This document shows, in pieces, positions 16,788 through 26,702 of a stretch of DNA of 64,000 nucleotides. This stretch comes from a virus. The notes beneath the pieces are model-generated. The model was not told the origin of the DNA, ran no database searches, and saw only the letters and a list, made by a program, of their open reading frames with translations. The translations under genes were made by a program, and so were the position numbers. The stretch lies in the IMG/VR virus record IMGVR_UViG_3300038393_002936. One strand, written 5' to 3'. Numbering within the stretch: position 1 is the stretch's first letter; each line of letters begins with the position of its first letter.

Positions 16788-18422
16788 ATGCTGGTCGGCG
16801 ACATTCACATGTGGTCCCTGAATGGGACCACTCGTCGTTATACGGTCGTTACGCTTCCGTACGAATTGGCCTCGAAGCTGTTTAAGGCAAACGTCTACGA
16901 CGCCAAGACGGGCGAAGGGGAACAGCGGAAGGAAATCGCAACTCACGTCAAGGCCCTCAAGCGGGATATGCTAGCGGGGCAGTTCACCCCGACCCCGGTG
17001 TCTGCCGGATGTCGTCCGAAGCACCTAACTTCGGTTGTTTTTAACAAATACCAAGTCCATCTAGACCTCGACGAAGCCGACCCCCTTCCCTTGACCGACG
17101 GCCAGCAGCGATTTGGGGCTCTCCGGGCGATTGTGGAAGAGGCCAAGAAGGATGAAAACGCGGACCTGCTCAAGAAGGTCCTTGGCCTTCCCATCACCGT
17201 CACTATCCATTTTGACAGCAAGCCCGCGGTGGACTTTTTGAGGCTTCAGCTCGGCCGCCCGGTCGACACAGCCCACCTGTTGAGCCTCAAGGTCAAGGAA
17301 GGCCTGGTCCCGGACAAGGACTCGAGTCCGCTCAAGCTCGCGATGGCGGTCGCCAAGTTCATGCACGGCTCGTCGTCCAGTCCCTTTCACAAGATGGTCA
17401 AGTTCGACACGCGGGGGATGTCGAATCTGCCCGTGACGACTTTGTGTGCTCGTGGGGCCTCTGACCTGTCCGTCAGTCTCATGGGCCTGGTCAAGGTCGG
17501 GGCGAAGGCAGGCATCGAGACACCTGAAGAGCTTTCTGACTTCGTCACCCAGGTCGTCAAGACCCTGAATGAGCGGGCACCCTACCTGCTCGACACCGGA
17601 ATGCCCCTGTGCCCGCCACCGGACGGAACACGGGGTTCGGCCACGATGCTGATTGGGCTCGCGACGTGCCTCGCGTATCGCGTTTATGAAAAAGGCAACG
17701 GGAAGGTCGAAGAGGAGGACCTCGCGAAGCTGGTCGAGGTTGCCGAAGAAGTGTTCGAAACTCCCGTTTCGGGGAATTTTTCGAGCGCGTTCAAGCGGGA
17801 CCTGATGAAGGCGTTCGCCACCAGGTTCTTTTCCGACTTGGTCGGACCGCAGCACGAGGGGATTCCGGTCGAGCTGCTCAAGACCCTGAGCTGTTCGTCG
17901 TTCCGCGTGAGTCGTCTTCCGAAAGAGCGGACCGCGACTCGGGGTCGGGCGGCTACTTCTCGGGCCCCGCGAGCTTCGGCCAAGCTGGCTTCGCCAACGG
18001 TGGCTGAGCCGCCTAAGCCGTCCAAGGCAGCCGCGGTGATTCCTGCTCAGAAGCCTGCTCCGCAGCCCCCGGCGGAAGTGATGGTAGCCCCTCCTCCCCT
18101 GGTGAACAAAGTTCACGTCGGCGGAGCCGACCTGCCGGAAACGAGTCGGCCTCCGGAAGTGGCTTCGTCGCCAAAGATTACTGGCCCGGCAACCGCTGTT
18201 GAAAACAGCAAGGGGTCTGGGGTGGTCAAGCTTCAGTCGCTCGGTGAGTTCATCCCGGTAGTCGACTCCGACAACGGGAGCGAAGCTCCCATAGTCGCCT
18301 CTTGCGGCATGAACGCAGGTCCGGCAGGGAAGCAAGATATGGTGACTGGGGCGTCAGCCACAGTGACTATTCAAGAAGGTAGTAGTCAGTATCCTGATGT
18401 GGACCCGTGGGATGCTGCCTAG
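16788..18422 (+). CDS. DGQHR/DndB (ParB-like) domain protein with disordered Pro/Ala-rich tail
   Basis: LPLTDGQQRFGAL; about 160 aa low-complexity tail ending VDPWDAA. Confidence 0.7.
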   Translation: MLVGDIHMWSLNGTTRRYTVVTLPYELASKLFKANVYDAKTGEGEQRKEIATHVKALKRDMLAGQFTPTPVSAGCRPKHLTSVVFNKYQVHLDLDEADPLPLTDGQQRFGALRAIVEEAKKDENADLLKKVLGLPITVTIHFDSKPAVDFLRLQLGRPVDTAHLLSLKVKEGLVPDKDSSPLKLAMAVAKFMHGSSSSPFHKMVKFDTRGMSNLPVTTLCARGASDLSVSLMGLVKVGAKAGIETPEELSDFVTQVVKTLNERAPYLLDTGMPLCPPPDGTRGSATMLIGLATCLAYRVYEKGNGKVEEEDLAKLVEVAEEVFETPVSGNFSSAFKRDLMKAFATRFFSDLVGPQHEGIPVELLKTLSCSSFRVSRLPKERTATRGRAATSRAPRASAKLASPTVAEPPKPSKAAAVIPAQKPAPQPPAEVMVAPPPLVNKVHVGGADLPETSRPPEVASSPKITGPATAVENSKGSGVVKLQSLGEFIPVVDSDNGSEAPIVASCGMNAGPAGKQDMVTGASATVTIQEGSSQYPDVDPWDAA

Positions 18423-18452
18423 TCGAATTAGTGCGATTTCCTGACCAGTGAG

Positions 18453-18740
18453 TTGGGACAATTCACAGGAGACATGATGAGCGATTGCCCTGTGGCGAGG
18501 TTGGCTCTGGCTTTCAACAGGCTAGTCGACGTAATGCTTGATGGTGGGCCCGAAAACGAAAAGAAGACTATTGCCGACGAAGGCATTGCTCTAATTCAGC
18601 AAGTTCAGGATAAATTTGGCGAAGAAGTTGTCAACACGGTTGTTCCTGATGGTGTCTTGGAGTCACTCAACCCTCGGGCTCGCTCGTTCGCTCTTTACGG
18701 AGCCTTCCTCGCTCTCCAAGAAGAGATGAGTCGTGCTTAA
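18453..18740 (+). CDS. hypothetical protein
   Basis: ORF in operon. Confidence 0.55.
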   Translation: MGQFTGDMMSDCPVARLALAFNRLVDVMLDGGPENEKKTIADEGIALIQQVQDKFGEEVVNTVVPDGVLESLNPRARSFALYGAFLALQEEMSRA

Positions 18741-19842
18741 TTATTTATCACCGGTTTCTAGTCTTGGTTTTGGGGTTTGTGGTGCCAATCTGCTCGAAGC
18801 CCTGGACCAAATCGGGGCCAAACCCGCCCTGTTCCCCATCGGCCCCCTGGAGGTTCAGCACGAGCACCAACAGGAGTGCGTCCGCAGGTCGCTTGAGCGG
18901 TCCCGGCGGTTTTCCTACGGTGCCCCCTCGCTTCGAGTCTGGCACCAGTTTGCCATGCACGAGCATGTCGGCCGGGGACCGAAGGCCGGGTACAGCTTCT
19001 TCGAATTGGACCGCCTGACCGAGGACGAAGTTCATCACCAGAACGGGCTCGATACCGTGTTCGCTTCGTCGGAGTGGGCAGCCGACGTGATGCGGCAGAG
19101 CGGGGTCCGGGTGCCCATTGTGGTGGCCAAGCCGGCGGTGGATACGCGGGTATTTCATCCGGGGGTCACCCCGCTGCCGCTCAAGAAGCCGACGCCGGAC
19201 ACTTGTGTCTTTTTGAGCGTGGGGAAGTGGTCGGTCCTGAAAGGCCATGATTGGCTGGTTCGTGTCTTCAACGCGGCATTCACTGTATCGGACGACGTTC
19301 TGCTGGTCCTGGCCTGCTTCAACCCCCTGATGGTCCCTGGCTTCAACGGGCCCGAGGAATCCCGTCGCTGGGAACGACTTTACATGGAGAGTTCGCTGGG
19401 GCGTGCTGGCAAGATTCGGGTGGTCTCGGGTCGGCTTCCGACCCAGCGGGACGTTGCGTCCTTGATGGCTGGGGCCGACTGTGGGGTGTTTCTGGCTCGG
19501 GGCGAGGGGTTCAACCTGGAGCTGGCCGAGATGCTAGCAATGGGTCGGCACTGCGTGGCCACCAATTATGCGGCTCACCGCGACTTTGCCGGACCAGGAG
19601 GCTGCCGACTAGTCGAGGTAAAAGAGACTGAGGAGGGCTTCGAGCCGCCGTTTTTACCGGCAGGGAAAGGAGGATGGGCTCGACTCGGGGATGACGAGTT
19701 CGAACAGGCGGTGGCTGCTCTGCGAGCAGTGCTCGCAGACAAGCAGGCCGGCCGACTCGGGTTCAACCAGGCTGGGTACGAGTTGTTCCAGCGGCAAACG
19801 TGGGCGGGATGTGCCAGAACCATTATGGAGCATTTGTCATGA
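18733..19842 (+). CDS. glycosyltransferase family 4 (GT-B)
   Basis: SVGKWSVLKG; EGFNLELAEMLAMG (EX7E). Confidence 0.85.
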   Translation: MLNYLSPVSSLGFGVCGANLLEALDQIGAKPALFPIGPLEVQHEHQQECVRRSLERSRRFSYGAPSLRVWHQFAMHEHVGRGPKAGYSFFELDRLTEDEVHHQNGLDTVFASSEWAADVMRQSGVRVPIVVAKPAVDTRVFHPGVTPLPLKKPTPDTCVFLSVGKWSVLKGHDWLVRVFNAAFTVSDDVLLVLACFNPLMVPGFNGPEESRRWERLYMESSLGRAGKIRVVSGRLPTQRDVASLMAGADCGVFLARGEGFNLELAEMLAMGRHCVATNYAAHRDFAGPGGCRLVEVKETEEGFEPPFLPAGKGGWARLGDDEFEQAVAALRAVLADKQAGRLGFNQAGYELFQRQTWAGCARTIMEHLS

Positions 19843-20117
19843 GTGTAAGTCTTTTGCCTTTTATTGTTCGGGCATGCGGGATTTTGGTTGTTGTTTGGGG
19901 GTTTTGGAATGCCGTAGGCCTGGGAAATGCGTATTCAAACCATCAGGAACTTAAACCGGTTGCGGCTATTGTGATTATTTGCTATGGAATCGCTTTGTTT
20001 ATAGCTGGAACTTTAGGGTCCAAACTGGAAGAAAAGGAAAAAGAGGTCAAAAGGCTCAAAAAGCAAATCGCAGAATTGGGTGATAAATGTAACAGCGACG
20101 AGCACAGCGAGTCATGA
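19839..20117 (+). CDS. membrane protein with coiled-coil tail
   Basis: Two TM segments; ATGA overlap. Confidence 0.55.
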   Translation: MSVSLLPFIVRACGILVVVWGFWNAVGLGNAYSNHQELKPVAAIVIICYGIALFIAGTLGSKLEEKEKEVKRLKKQIAELGDKCNSDEHSES

Positions 20118-20356
20118 AGAGTGCAGCCGCAACCTTCACCTTCTTAGCCGGTCTATGCCTGTTGACCATCTGGGTTCTGAATAGGACCTTGCTGGGCGTC
20201 CAAAGCGAGCTGGTTGTCAGTGGGCTCCTCGGTCTCATTTACGCCATCCTCACCATACTGCTGGGTATCGTCATGGGTATTGTGCGGAGTCAGGAAGATA
20301 GGATTGAGCGGCTCGAGCAGCAGGTGGCGGAATTGGGTGAGGTGCCGTGCGACTAG
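20114..20356 (+). CDS. membrane protein
   Basis: Two TM segments; similar tail ...EQQVAELG. Confidence 0.55.
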   Translation: MKSAAATFTFLAGLCLLTIWVLNRTLLGVQSELVVSGLLGLIYAILTILLGIVMGIVRSQEDRIERLEQQVAELGEVPCD

Positions 20357-20400
20357 CGGGCTCTCATAATTTTCTCATGAACCAGTTGCGAGGAATTCCG

Positions 20401-20658
20401 ATGCAGCAGACCGAAACACCCATCCTTGGGATGGCGGAGCAGGCTCGGGTCGACCAAGAAAGCGACCCTCCTGATGTGTCCGCGATTGTCGGCATGACCA
20501 CCGAGGAAGCCACCAAACATCTGGAAACCTTCGGTTACAAACTGAGGATTACGAGTCGCGACGGGCATCCTTGTATCGTCTCGATGGACTATCGCACGGA
20601 CCGGGTTAACGTGGGCGTCGTTGGTGGAATTGTGAAATCAGTTCGGGGCTTCGGCTGA
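20401..20658 (+). CDS. peptidase inhibitor I78 / potato-I-like protein
   Basis: IVGMT.EEA...MDYRTDRVNVGVVGGIV. Confidence 0.6.
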   Translation: MQQTETPILGMAEQARVDQESDPPDVSAIVGMTTEEATKHLETFGYKLRITSRDGHPCIVSMDYRTDRVNVGVVGGIVKSVRGFG

Positions 20659-20717
20659 GGTGCTCCTCATAATCTTCTCATCGCCCACCCTCGCTTCCCT
20701 GCCGGAAATTTGCCTCG

Positions 20718-21245
20718 ATGGTTGCGGCCCGCACTCGATTCCTCGGGGACCTCGCCATTGGCCGCCAGGGTGAGGCCCGCCTTCTGGAGCTCTGTCGCCG
20801 ACACGGGTTGGATTGTGGGCTGAACCCGTCAAGGACCAAAGCGGGCCGAACTCAGCATGATGTTTACGTAGACCTTCCGGGTCACGGCCGGACACTCATC
20901 GAGGTTAAATTCGACCGCTGGGAATCTCGCTCCGGAAACGTGGCGGTCGAGTATTTCAACCCTCGCTCCCAAATCCCTTCCGGTATCACGGCCACCGTCG
21001 CCAGTATCTGGGTTTTTGTACTCGGCGACAGGTCGACCTGGGCGTGTCGAACAAGCGATTTGCTCCGCCAGCACAACAAAAATGAAGAGGCGACCGGGTT
21101 CGTCCGCGACTTGCCGGTTTGCGGCGACCGAAATAGTTCGTCCCGTCTTTACGACCGCACGCAGCTATTTGGGCACATCTTTTTTCGGCTGGACACGTTG
21201 CGAAGCGACGAGTTCATTGCGGTGCTGGAAGTCCTGGCCAGCTAG
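20718..21245 (+). CDS. PD-(D/E)XK nuclease-fold protein
   Basis: HDVYV...LIEVKFD...SGNVAVEY. Confidence 0.75.
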   Translation: MVAARTRFLGDLAIGRQGEARLLELCRRHGLDCGLNPSRTKAGRTQHDVYVDLPGHGRTLIEVKFDRWESRSGNVAVEYFNPRSQIPSGITATVASIWVFVLGDRSTWACRTSDLLRQHNKNEEATGFVRDLPVCGDRNSSSRLYDRTQLFGHIFFRLDTLRSDEFIAVLEVLAS

Positions 21246-21248
21246 GGC

Positions 21249-21276
21249 TTGACCACACTGTTAGTTACACTATAAT
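21249..21276 (+). promoter_or_regulatory. sigma70-type promoter
   Basis: TTGACC-N16-TATAAT. Confidence 0.7.
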
Positions 21277-21298
21277 CAACTTAGCACCCGAGAATTTT

Positions 21299-21730
21299 AT
21301 GTTCGCCATTGCTCACCAAGAAAGCGAGCCCCAGCCCATCCTGCTAGTGGTTGGGCTCGTCGTCCTGACCAACACACCGGGAAGTCCTTCTGTGCTGGTA
21401 GTCGGCGATAGCCAACTCCCCGCCCAGGCTCTCGGACCAGGCGAGCAATTAACGACGGTGGCGTCCAAGCTTCTGTACGGGCTCACTCGGATTGCCGCCT
21501 CGGCAGGACCCGGGATGTCCGGCTGGCTCGGGACCGACCTCCGAATGTCCTTCCTGCACGACCATCCCGCTAATGCCGAAGGCATTCAGCGAGTGGTCTA
21601 CGCAGTTTATTCGGCCGTCGTTCCCGTTGGGACTAGTGTCGAGACCGGAACGTGGGTGCCGTACGGCGAACTGTGTCGTGTGAGCCCGGAAGTGGGCATA
21701 CTAGTTACCGAAGCAATGAGGAGAACATAA
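21299..21730 (+). CDS. hypothetical protein, possibly a degenerate NUDIX fold
   Basis: VVGLVVL...VLVV...LP.....GEQL..VA..L layout without REUXEE. Confidence 0.5.
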   Translation: MFAIAHQESEPQPILLVVGLVVLTNTPGSPSVLVVGDSQLPAQALGPGEQLTTVASKLLYGLTRIAASAGPGMSGWLGTDLRMSFLHDHPANAEGIQRVVYAVYSAVVPVGTSVETGTWVPYGELCRVSPEVGILVTEAMRRT

Positions 21731-22105
21731 GTGGGCTTTTTCAGTCGCCTGTTCAAAGGTCGGCCCCGGTTCCCGACCTTGACCGCTGTTTTTGAACCGG
21801 ACCGCCTTTACTGTTCGTTTGACTGGCCGGACCCGTCCGCATTACCGACTCATGTGGCCGAGAATTTTGCCCGTTCGGTGGCACTAGGTCTGATGGTGAT
21901 GACCGGGGGAAACCGGACTTCTTTGGCTTCCCTCAAGCGGTCGATTGGGGCGGCGGCTTATCACCGCAATGATAAAATCTGGGCCTCGATGGTCATCGAG
22001 TGCGTGGACTTTTTGCAGCTGAAGCAAGCTTCAGAGGACGATGTTGGCGAAGCCAACCAGCCTTCGATGATGCCGTCCGAGGTTTTCAAAGGAGTTCATT
22101 CTTGA
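21731..22105 (+). CDS. hypothetical protein
   Basis: ORF in operon. Confidence 0.55.
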   Translation: MGFFSRLFKGRPRFPTLTAVFEPDRLYCSFDWPDPSALPTHVAENFARSVALGLMVMTGGNRTSLASLKRSIGAAAYHRNDKIWASMVIECVDFLQLKQASEDDVGEANQPSMMPSEVFKGVHS

Positions 22106-23058
22106 AAATTATTACGAAACCGTCGGTTTATCTGGTCGGCAAACAGACTGTTTCCAACGAAGAACTTGACCGGTTCTTGTCGGATATCGGAGTTACCTGG
22201 GAAAGTGACAGCGAAGTCGCGGCCGAGGTGCTCAGTGAGGTGTCTGGCAGGACGTGTTACCTTTCGTTTTCCCGCCCCCGCCCGGGTGGTAATGCGGCCT
22301 ATCTGGAACATATCAAGGAATGCTCGCACGGGAGCACGCTAGAACATGCTGTATTCAATTTTATTTTTAGCGGCGTTTCCCGCTCTTTGACCCACGAACT
22401 GGTCCGGCACAGAGCGGGATTCGGATATTCGCAAGTTAGTCAGAGATATGTGGACGAATCTAGTACCGATTTTGTCGTGCCTCCAGACCTCCAGGAAGAA
22501 GTGGCGGCAGCGGAAGACGTTCGTGATTCCCTTGGTGGTTACTGGGGTCAACCTACGCCCGAGTGGCAGGCGGTTCATCCGAGGTGGGGTGAACTGCCGT
22601 ATTTTCAGTTCCTTGGCATGGTGGAAGCGGGTCGCAACTGGTTGGAATCGGTCGAAGACGCCCAAATGAGGTACGTGAGCCTTTCGGAATATCTGACGAA
22701 GAAGGCCTATGACCAAGGGGCGGCGGCAAAGGGTATCCAGCACCGTTCGGCTTACCTCCCGAACCAGTTATTCACCCAGGAGGAGCGAACCGGGTTCCGG
22801 AAATTCGCCCGCCAGGCCGCTCGCTCGGTGCTCCCAAACGCCACCGAAACCAAAATCTTTGTGACCGTCAACGGTCGGGCCGCTCGCCACTTTTTGGAAC
22901 AGCGGGGGAGCAAGTTCGCCGACCCGGAAATTCGGGTGCTCGCCGGGGCCGTGTTGGATGTGCTCCAAAAGGAAGCCCCGAACCTGTTCGGTGACTATGT
23001 GAAGACCGAGCTGTCCGACGGAACTTTTGCCATCGCCACCCCGTACGAGAAGGTGTAA
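22102..23058 (+). CDS. thyX: flavin-dependent thymidylate synthase
   Basis: HGSTLEH, RHRAGFGYSQVSQRY, ARSVLPNATETK; GGAG RBS before TTG. Confidence 0.95.
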   Translation: MKIITKPSVYLVGKQTVSNEELDRFLSDIGVTWESDSEVAAEVLSEVSGRTCYLSFSRPRPGGNAAYLEHIKECSHGSTLEHAVFNFIFSGVSRSLTHELVRHRAGFGYSQVSQRYVDESSTDFVVPPDLQEEVAAAEDVRDSLGGYWGQPTPEWQAVHPRWGELPYFQFLGMVEAGRNWLESVEDAQMRYVSLSEYLTKKAYDQGAAAKGIQHRSAYLPNQLFTQEERTGFRKFARQAARSVLPNATETKIFVTVNGRAARHFLEQRGSKFADPEIRVLAGAVLDVLQKEAPNLFGDYVKTELSDGTFAIATPYEKV

Positions 23059-23639
23059 TGCGCGAAGTTAAATTCACCAAATTCCAGGACCCGTTTCGGG
23101 CTCCTGATGACCAGGACGACCCGTTCACCGACGAAGCGGATTGGGCCTTTTCCCGCCAGGAATTCCTGGGCGAAAACTTGAAGCCCTCGCCGCACCGCGG
23201 GTCTTATTTCTTTTCGCAGTACGTCGGGTTGTTAGCCCTGGGCGATAACAACTTGCCATCTCGCCGGCACAAGATGTGGAACGGGCACACGAACTTCGTG
23301 CTGTACCCTGGTGACATCGCTGCCATTAACGGGACCTTGGGGGTCGAAGGGTTCCGCCAGCTCACCCCCTACCAGTTCCTGTTTAGCGTCGGGTGGATGT
23401 TCAAGGACAACGAAGTCAAAGGGTGGGTGCGAGAGGCCCTGTGTCCACTGGTGCCTGCGGCACCAGCTCTGCCGGAAGACCCACTGTTAAGAGCGGCCAC
23501 GACGCGATACCGGGCGTGGGCTGTGGTGAGGTTGCCGAACCACAAGCGGGACGTGGTCGGGGGGGATAGCCGGGAGAGCGTCGAAGGCAGGTTGTCCGGC
23601 AGGGAAGTGCTCATGACGTCTTGGGGGGACGCTCAGTGA
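23058..23639 (+). CDS. hypothetical protein
   Basis: TAATG overlap. Confidence 0.6.
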   Translation: MREVKFTKFQDPFRAPDDQDDPFTDEADWAFSRQEFLGENLKPSPHRGSYFFSQYVGLLALGDNNLPSRRHKMWNGHTNFVLYPGDIAAINGTLGVEGFRQLTPYQFLFSVGWMFKDNEVKGWVREALCPLVPAAPALPEDPLLRAATTRYRAWAVVRLPNHKRDVVGGDSRESVEGRLSGREVLMTSWGDAQ

Positions 23640-24169
23640 ACAAGCGGCGGGAGGTGTCGAACGACGAAGTGGTGCGGGCCCTGGCCGACCCCAATGTCCG
23701 CGAGATGGTGGAGTACGAGACGGGCAAGTACCGGAACGGGCTGGACGACCAGCAGCGGGAAAGTATCGGCCAGTACGCGGTTTGGCGGGCCCTCCAGTAT
23801 TACAAGAAGGAGTTCGGCCAAAAATTCACGACTTCGCTGTATCGGTTCATCCATTATGAGTGCTGTCGTGAGCTCAAGAAGGTCCGCCGAAATGGCCACC
23901 TCCAACGGTACGGGCCGGACGTGTCCGAAATGGGCTTGGCTCACCAGGAACCGGAACCTCGGCAGGTTGACCCCCGGCTCGGCCGGGTTGCGGAAATGAT
24001 TGATAAGTTTCTTCCGAAACGGGTCGCGGTGGTCATGCGTCGACATTACTTGGAACGCCAATCGCTGGACGAGGCCGCCGCGGAAGCCGGGATGAGCCGA
24101 GAGGCCGCGGGCCGGGCAATTATGTGGGGGGTAGAAAGAATGCGGGAATTGTGCGACGTGAATGACTGA
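23636..24169 (+). CDS. phage RNA polymerase sigma factor (regions 2 and 4)
   Basis: RALQYYKKEFGQKFTTSLYRFI; C-terminal HTH SLDEAAAEAGMSREA. Confidence 0.75.
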   Translation: MNKRREVSNDEVVRALADPNVREMVEYETGKYRNGLDDQQRESIGQYAVWRALQYYKKEFGQKFTTSLYRFIHYECCRELKKVRRNGHLQRYGPDVSEMGLAHQEPEPRQVDPRLGRVAEMIDKFLPKRVAVVMRRHYLERQSLDEAAAEAGMSREAAGRAIMWGVERMRELCDVND

Positions 24170-24276
24170 CTGTTCTAGTGGATAGTTTTGGATACCAAGT
24201 GAGCGACACGGGGTATTAGCTTGTGTGGAGTGTCTACAGTGATAACTTGAGCCCGACTCAAGATTAATTCACTTAA

Positions 24277-24558
24277 GTGGCGACGAGCATCAAACAAGGA
24301 GCAGCGATGGCGGACGCGACGGTTGGTGCGGTTGACCCGGCTTCCCTCGGCAAGCTGGCCGACACGGGTCTGACGATTGTGGGCAATCTGGTCACGGCGG
24401 CCGGGTTCGCGAAGGGCGGGGCGGCTCTGGCGGCCCTCGGGACGGTCCTGGAGGACGGCCAGATTATCGGGGTCATCGCTGGGTTGTTCAGCAGCAATAA
24501 GAGTGTGAGCGGTGCGGACGTCCACGCGGCCCTCAAGGCTCACTTTGCCGGGGCGTGA
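24277..24558 (+). CDS. small Ala/Gly-rich protein
   Basis: AAGGAG RBS (likely ATG 24307). Confidence 0.55.
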   Translation: MATSIKQGAAMADATVGAVDPASLGKLADTGLTIVGNLVTAAGFAKGGAALAALGTVLEDGQIIGVIAGLFSSNKSVSGADVHAALKAHFAGA

Positions 24559-24598
24559 TGGGTAAGCCCGGGTTTGAACGGCACGAAAGGTTGAGAAC

Positions 24599-25036
24599 AT
24601 GTCCGACGCAGCTTTTACCGGAGAGGTTCTTTTTGGCGGCATTCTGGCCGCCTGCCTCTTCGACTATGTGCTGTTCAAAACGCTGGGCAACGACTACACG
24701 ATTTCGTGGACCCTTCTGGGGATGGAATCATCCCATCCCCTCTTTGGGATGGGTATAGCTTACACCCTGGCTACCCTGACCGGCCACCTCACCTTGCCTC
24801 ACATGGGGCCGCCGCCACCGGCCTGGCGGGAGTGGGTCGGCATCATTATTGGACTAAGTCCGATTCTCGCAGCCATTCTTTACATCGGTCTTCACCCGAA
24901 CGGCAAAGATGGAGCAACCGAGCGGCTCAAGGTCCTTTTTGGGTCGGGTGTCCGTCGGTGGTTCTTTGTCCAGGCAGCGACGGCGGTGGCCGGTTTGCTC
25001 AACGGGATGCTGAACGTGCCTCAGCATGTTTACTGA
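24599..25036 (+). CDS. multi-pass membrane protein
   Basis: Four hydrophobic segments. Confidence 0.6.
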   Translation: MSDAAFTGEVLFGGILAACLFDYVLFKTLGNDYTISWTLLGMESSHPLFGMGIAYTLATLTGHLTLPHMGPPPPAWREWVGIIIGLSPILAAILYIGLHPNGKDGATERLKVLFGSGVRRWFFVQAATAVAGLLNGMLNVPQHVY

Positions 25037-25049
25037 CCAGGAAAGAGTA

Positions 25050-25838
25050 ATGAAGTGCTTTTTTACCATAGTTGCCGCCCTGCTCGTGGGGGCGGTCGTT
25101 TTGGGTGCCGACCCACAGGTCCCTACCCAGAAGATTGTCGGGGCCGAGCAGCCCATTCCGTTGGGCGAACTGGTCACACTGGGCGTCAGTCCGGCAGGGA
25201 ATGTGAGTGGACTGAAGGCGGTCACTTACGAGTGGAGTATCTTCGACGGGTTCACCAAGAAATCCCTGGCCGAAGACTCCAAGGGCAAGGTGTTTTTCGG
25301 GGCCGGCGTCAAGAACAAGAAACTGCTGGCGGTCGTGGCCGCGACTTACGTGTTTGACGGCGGGAATGGCCAGTACACGGTCAAGACCGTGCAGCTGAAC
25401 GAGACGGTGACCATTGGTGGGGGCGATACCCCCGAAAATCCGGTCACCCCGGCGGTCCCTCCAGGGACAGGTCCGGTTGCACCTCCTACTCCCCCTCTCC
25501 TGCCGGAAGGTAAGTACGGCCTGGCTCAGACCGCTTTTAATCTCGCCCTGAAGGTGGACGCGACCAGTCGGGTCTCGGCCGTTCAGCTCGCGGCGGCGTA
25601 CGACTCGACCGCGGCCAAGATTAAGAGCGGCGGCCTCAGTGGTGCCAAGAACATCCTGGTGGTCCTGAAGGGCGAGAGCGACAAGGCCCTCAACAACAAG
25701 ACGGACGGCTGGCAGGATTGGGCCGCTGGCGTTGGTGATGTGCTTTTTAGTCTCGCGCAAGCGAGCAAAATCCAGAACGACGACGATTTCGCGACGGCGT
25801 TTTCCGAAATTGCCACCGGGCTCAAGGGGGTCAAGTAA
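25050..25838 (+). CDS. exported protein with Pro-rich linker
   Basis: Signal peptide MKCFFTIVAALLVGAVVLG; PENPVTPAVPPG linker. Confidence 0.7.
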   Translation: MKCFFTIVAALLVGAVVLGADPQVPTQKIVGAEQPIPLGELVTLGVSPAGNVSGLKAVTYEWSIFDGFTKKSLAEDSKGKVFFGAGVKNKKLLAVVAATYVFDGGNGQYTVKTVQLNETVTIGGGDTPENPVTPAVPPGTGPVAPPTPPLLPEGKYGLAQTAFNLALKVDATSRVSAVQLAAAYDSTAAKIKSGGLSGAKNILVVLKGESDKALNNKTDGWQDWAAGVGDVLFSLAQASKIQNDDDFATAFSEIATGLKGVK

Positions 25839-26662
25839 TGACGGCGACGGGTATCCACGAACACGGCAGTTTCAAGCTTGGTCTCAAGCCACCAGACCCC
25901 TCGAAGCCCTCGCTGAAGCTGTCCAGCTATTTGACGGGGGCGGTTCCGGCCCACCCGACTTCTGTTGATTATATTAAGACCGTTCAGTACGGTCTATATC
26001 AGAACGATACATGGGGGGATTGCGGGCCAACGGCCGTGGCGAATAGCCGTAGGCTCGTGACTCAGTGGCTGACGGGGACCATGCAGGCCCCGAGTCAGGA
26101 TGAGGTCTTTGACCTCTATCGGCGTAGCGGGAATCCGAACTTCGACCCGGCGACCGGGGTCGACGACAACGGCGTCAACATGCAGTTGATGCTACAAGCA
26201 GTGGTGAGCGGCGGCATCGGTGGCGTGAAGGGTCTGGGATTCGCCAAGGTCGACACCCGGAACGAGGAGGAACTGAAGGCGGCCGTCGCCATCTTCGGGT
26301 TCCTGTTGTTCGGAGTCAACCTGGAGAACGCCCAGAAGACGCAGACCAACAGCGGGGTCTGGGACTACAGCTGGTCGCTTGCCTGGGGCGGTCACGCGAT
26401 TCTCGGGGCGGCGTACGAAGCGAACGGAATCGACGTCGTGACGTGGGCCCAGCGGGTCCGCATGACCGACCGGTTCGTCCAAAAACAGTTGGACGAGGCC
26501 TGGGTTCTCATTTGGCCGGAGCACCTGCGGGACAAGACCTTTCTGGAGGGGGTCGACATGCAGGCCCTGGCCAAGGACTTCTCGGCCATCACGGGTCGCC
26601 CGTTCCCCGTCAAGATTCCGACCGTGGCGGATTTGGAGCGCTCGGACTTCGTCCTGGTGTGA
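25838..26662 (+). CDS. papain-like (C1-type) cysteine peptidase
   Basis: WGDCGPTA (Cys), GGHAI (His), VVTW. Confidence 0.75.
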   Translation: MTATGIHEHGSFKLGLKPPDPSKPSLKLSSYLTGAVPAHPTSVDYIKTVQYGLYQNDTWGDCGPTAVANSRRLVTQWLTGTMQAPSQDEVFDLYRRSGNPNFDPATGVDDNGVNMQLMLQAVVSGGIGGVKGLGFAKVDTRNEEELKAAVAIFGFLLFGVNLENAQKTQTNSGVWDYSWSLAWGGHAILGAAYEANGIDVVTWAQRVRMTDRFVQKQLDEAWVLIWPEHLRDKTFLEGVDMQALAKDFSAITGRPFPVKIPTVADLERSDFVLV

Positions 26663-26702
26663 CCCTTCCGGGTCACTGGTCTCGAGGCGGGGTAATTTTC
26701 AA

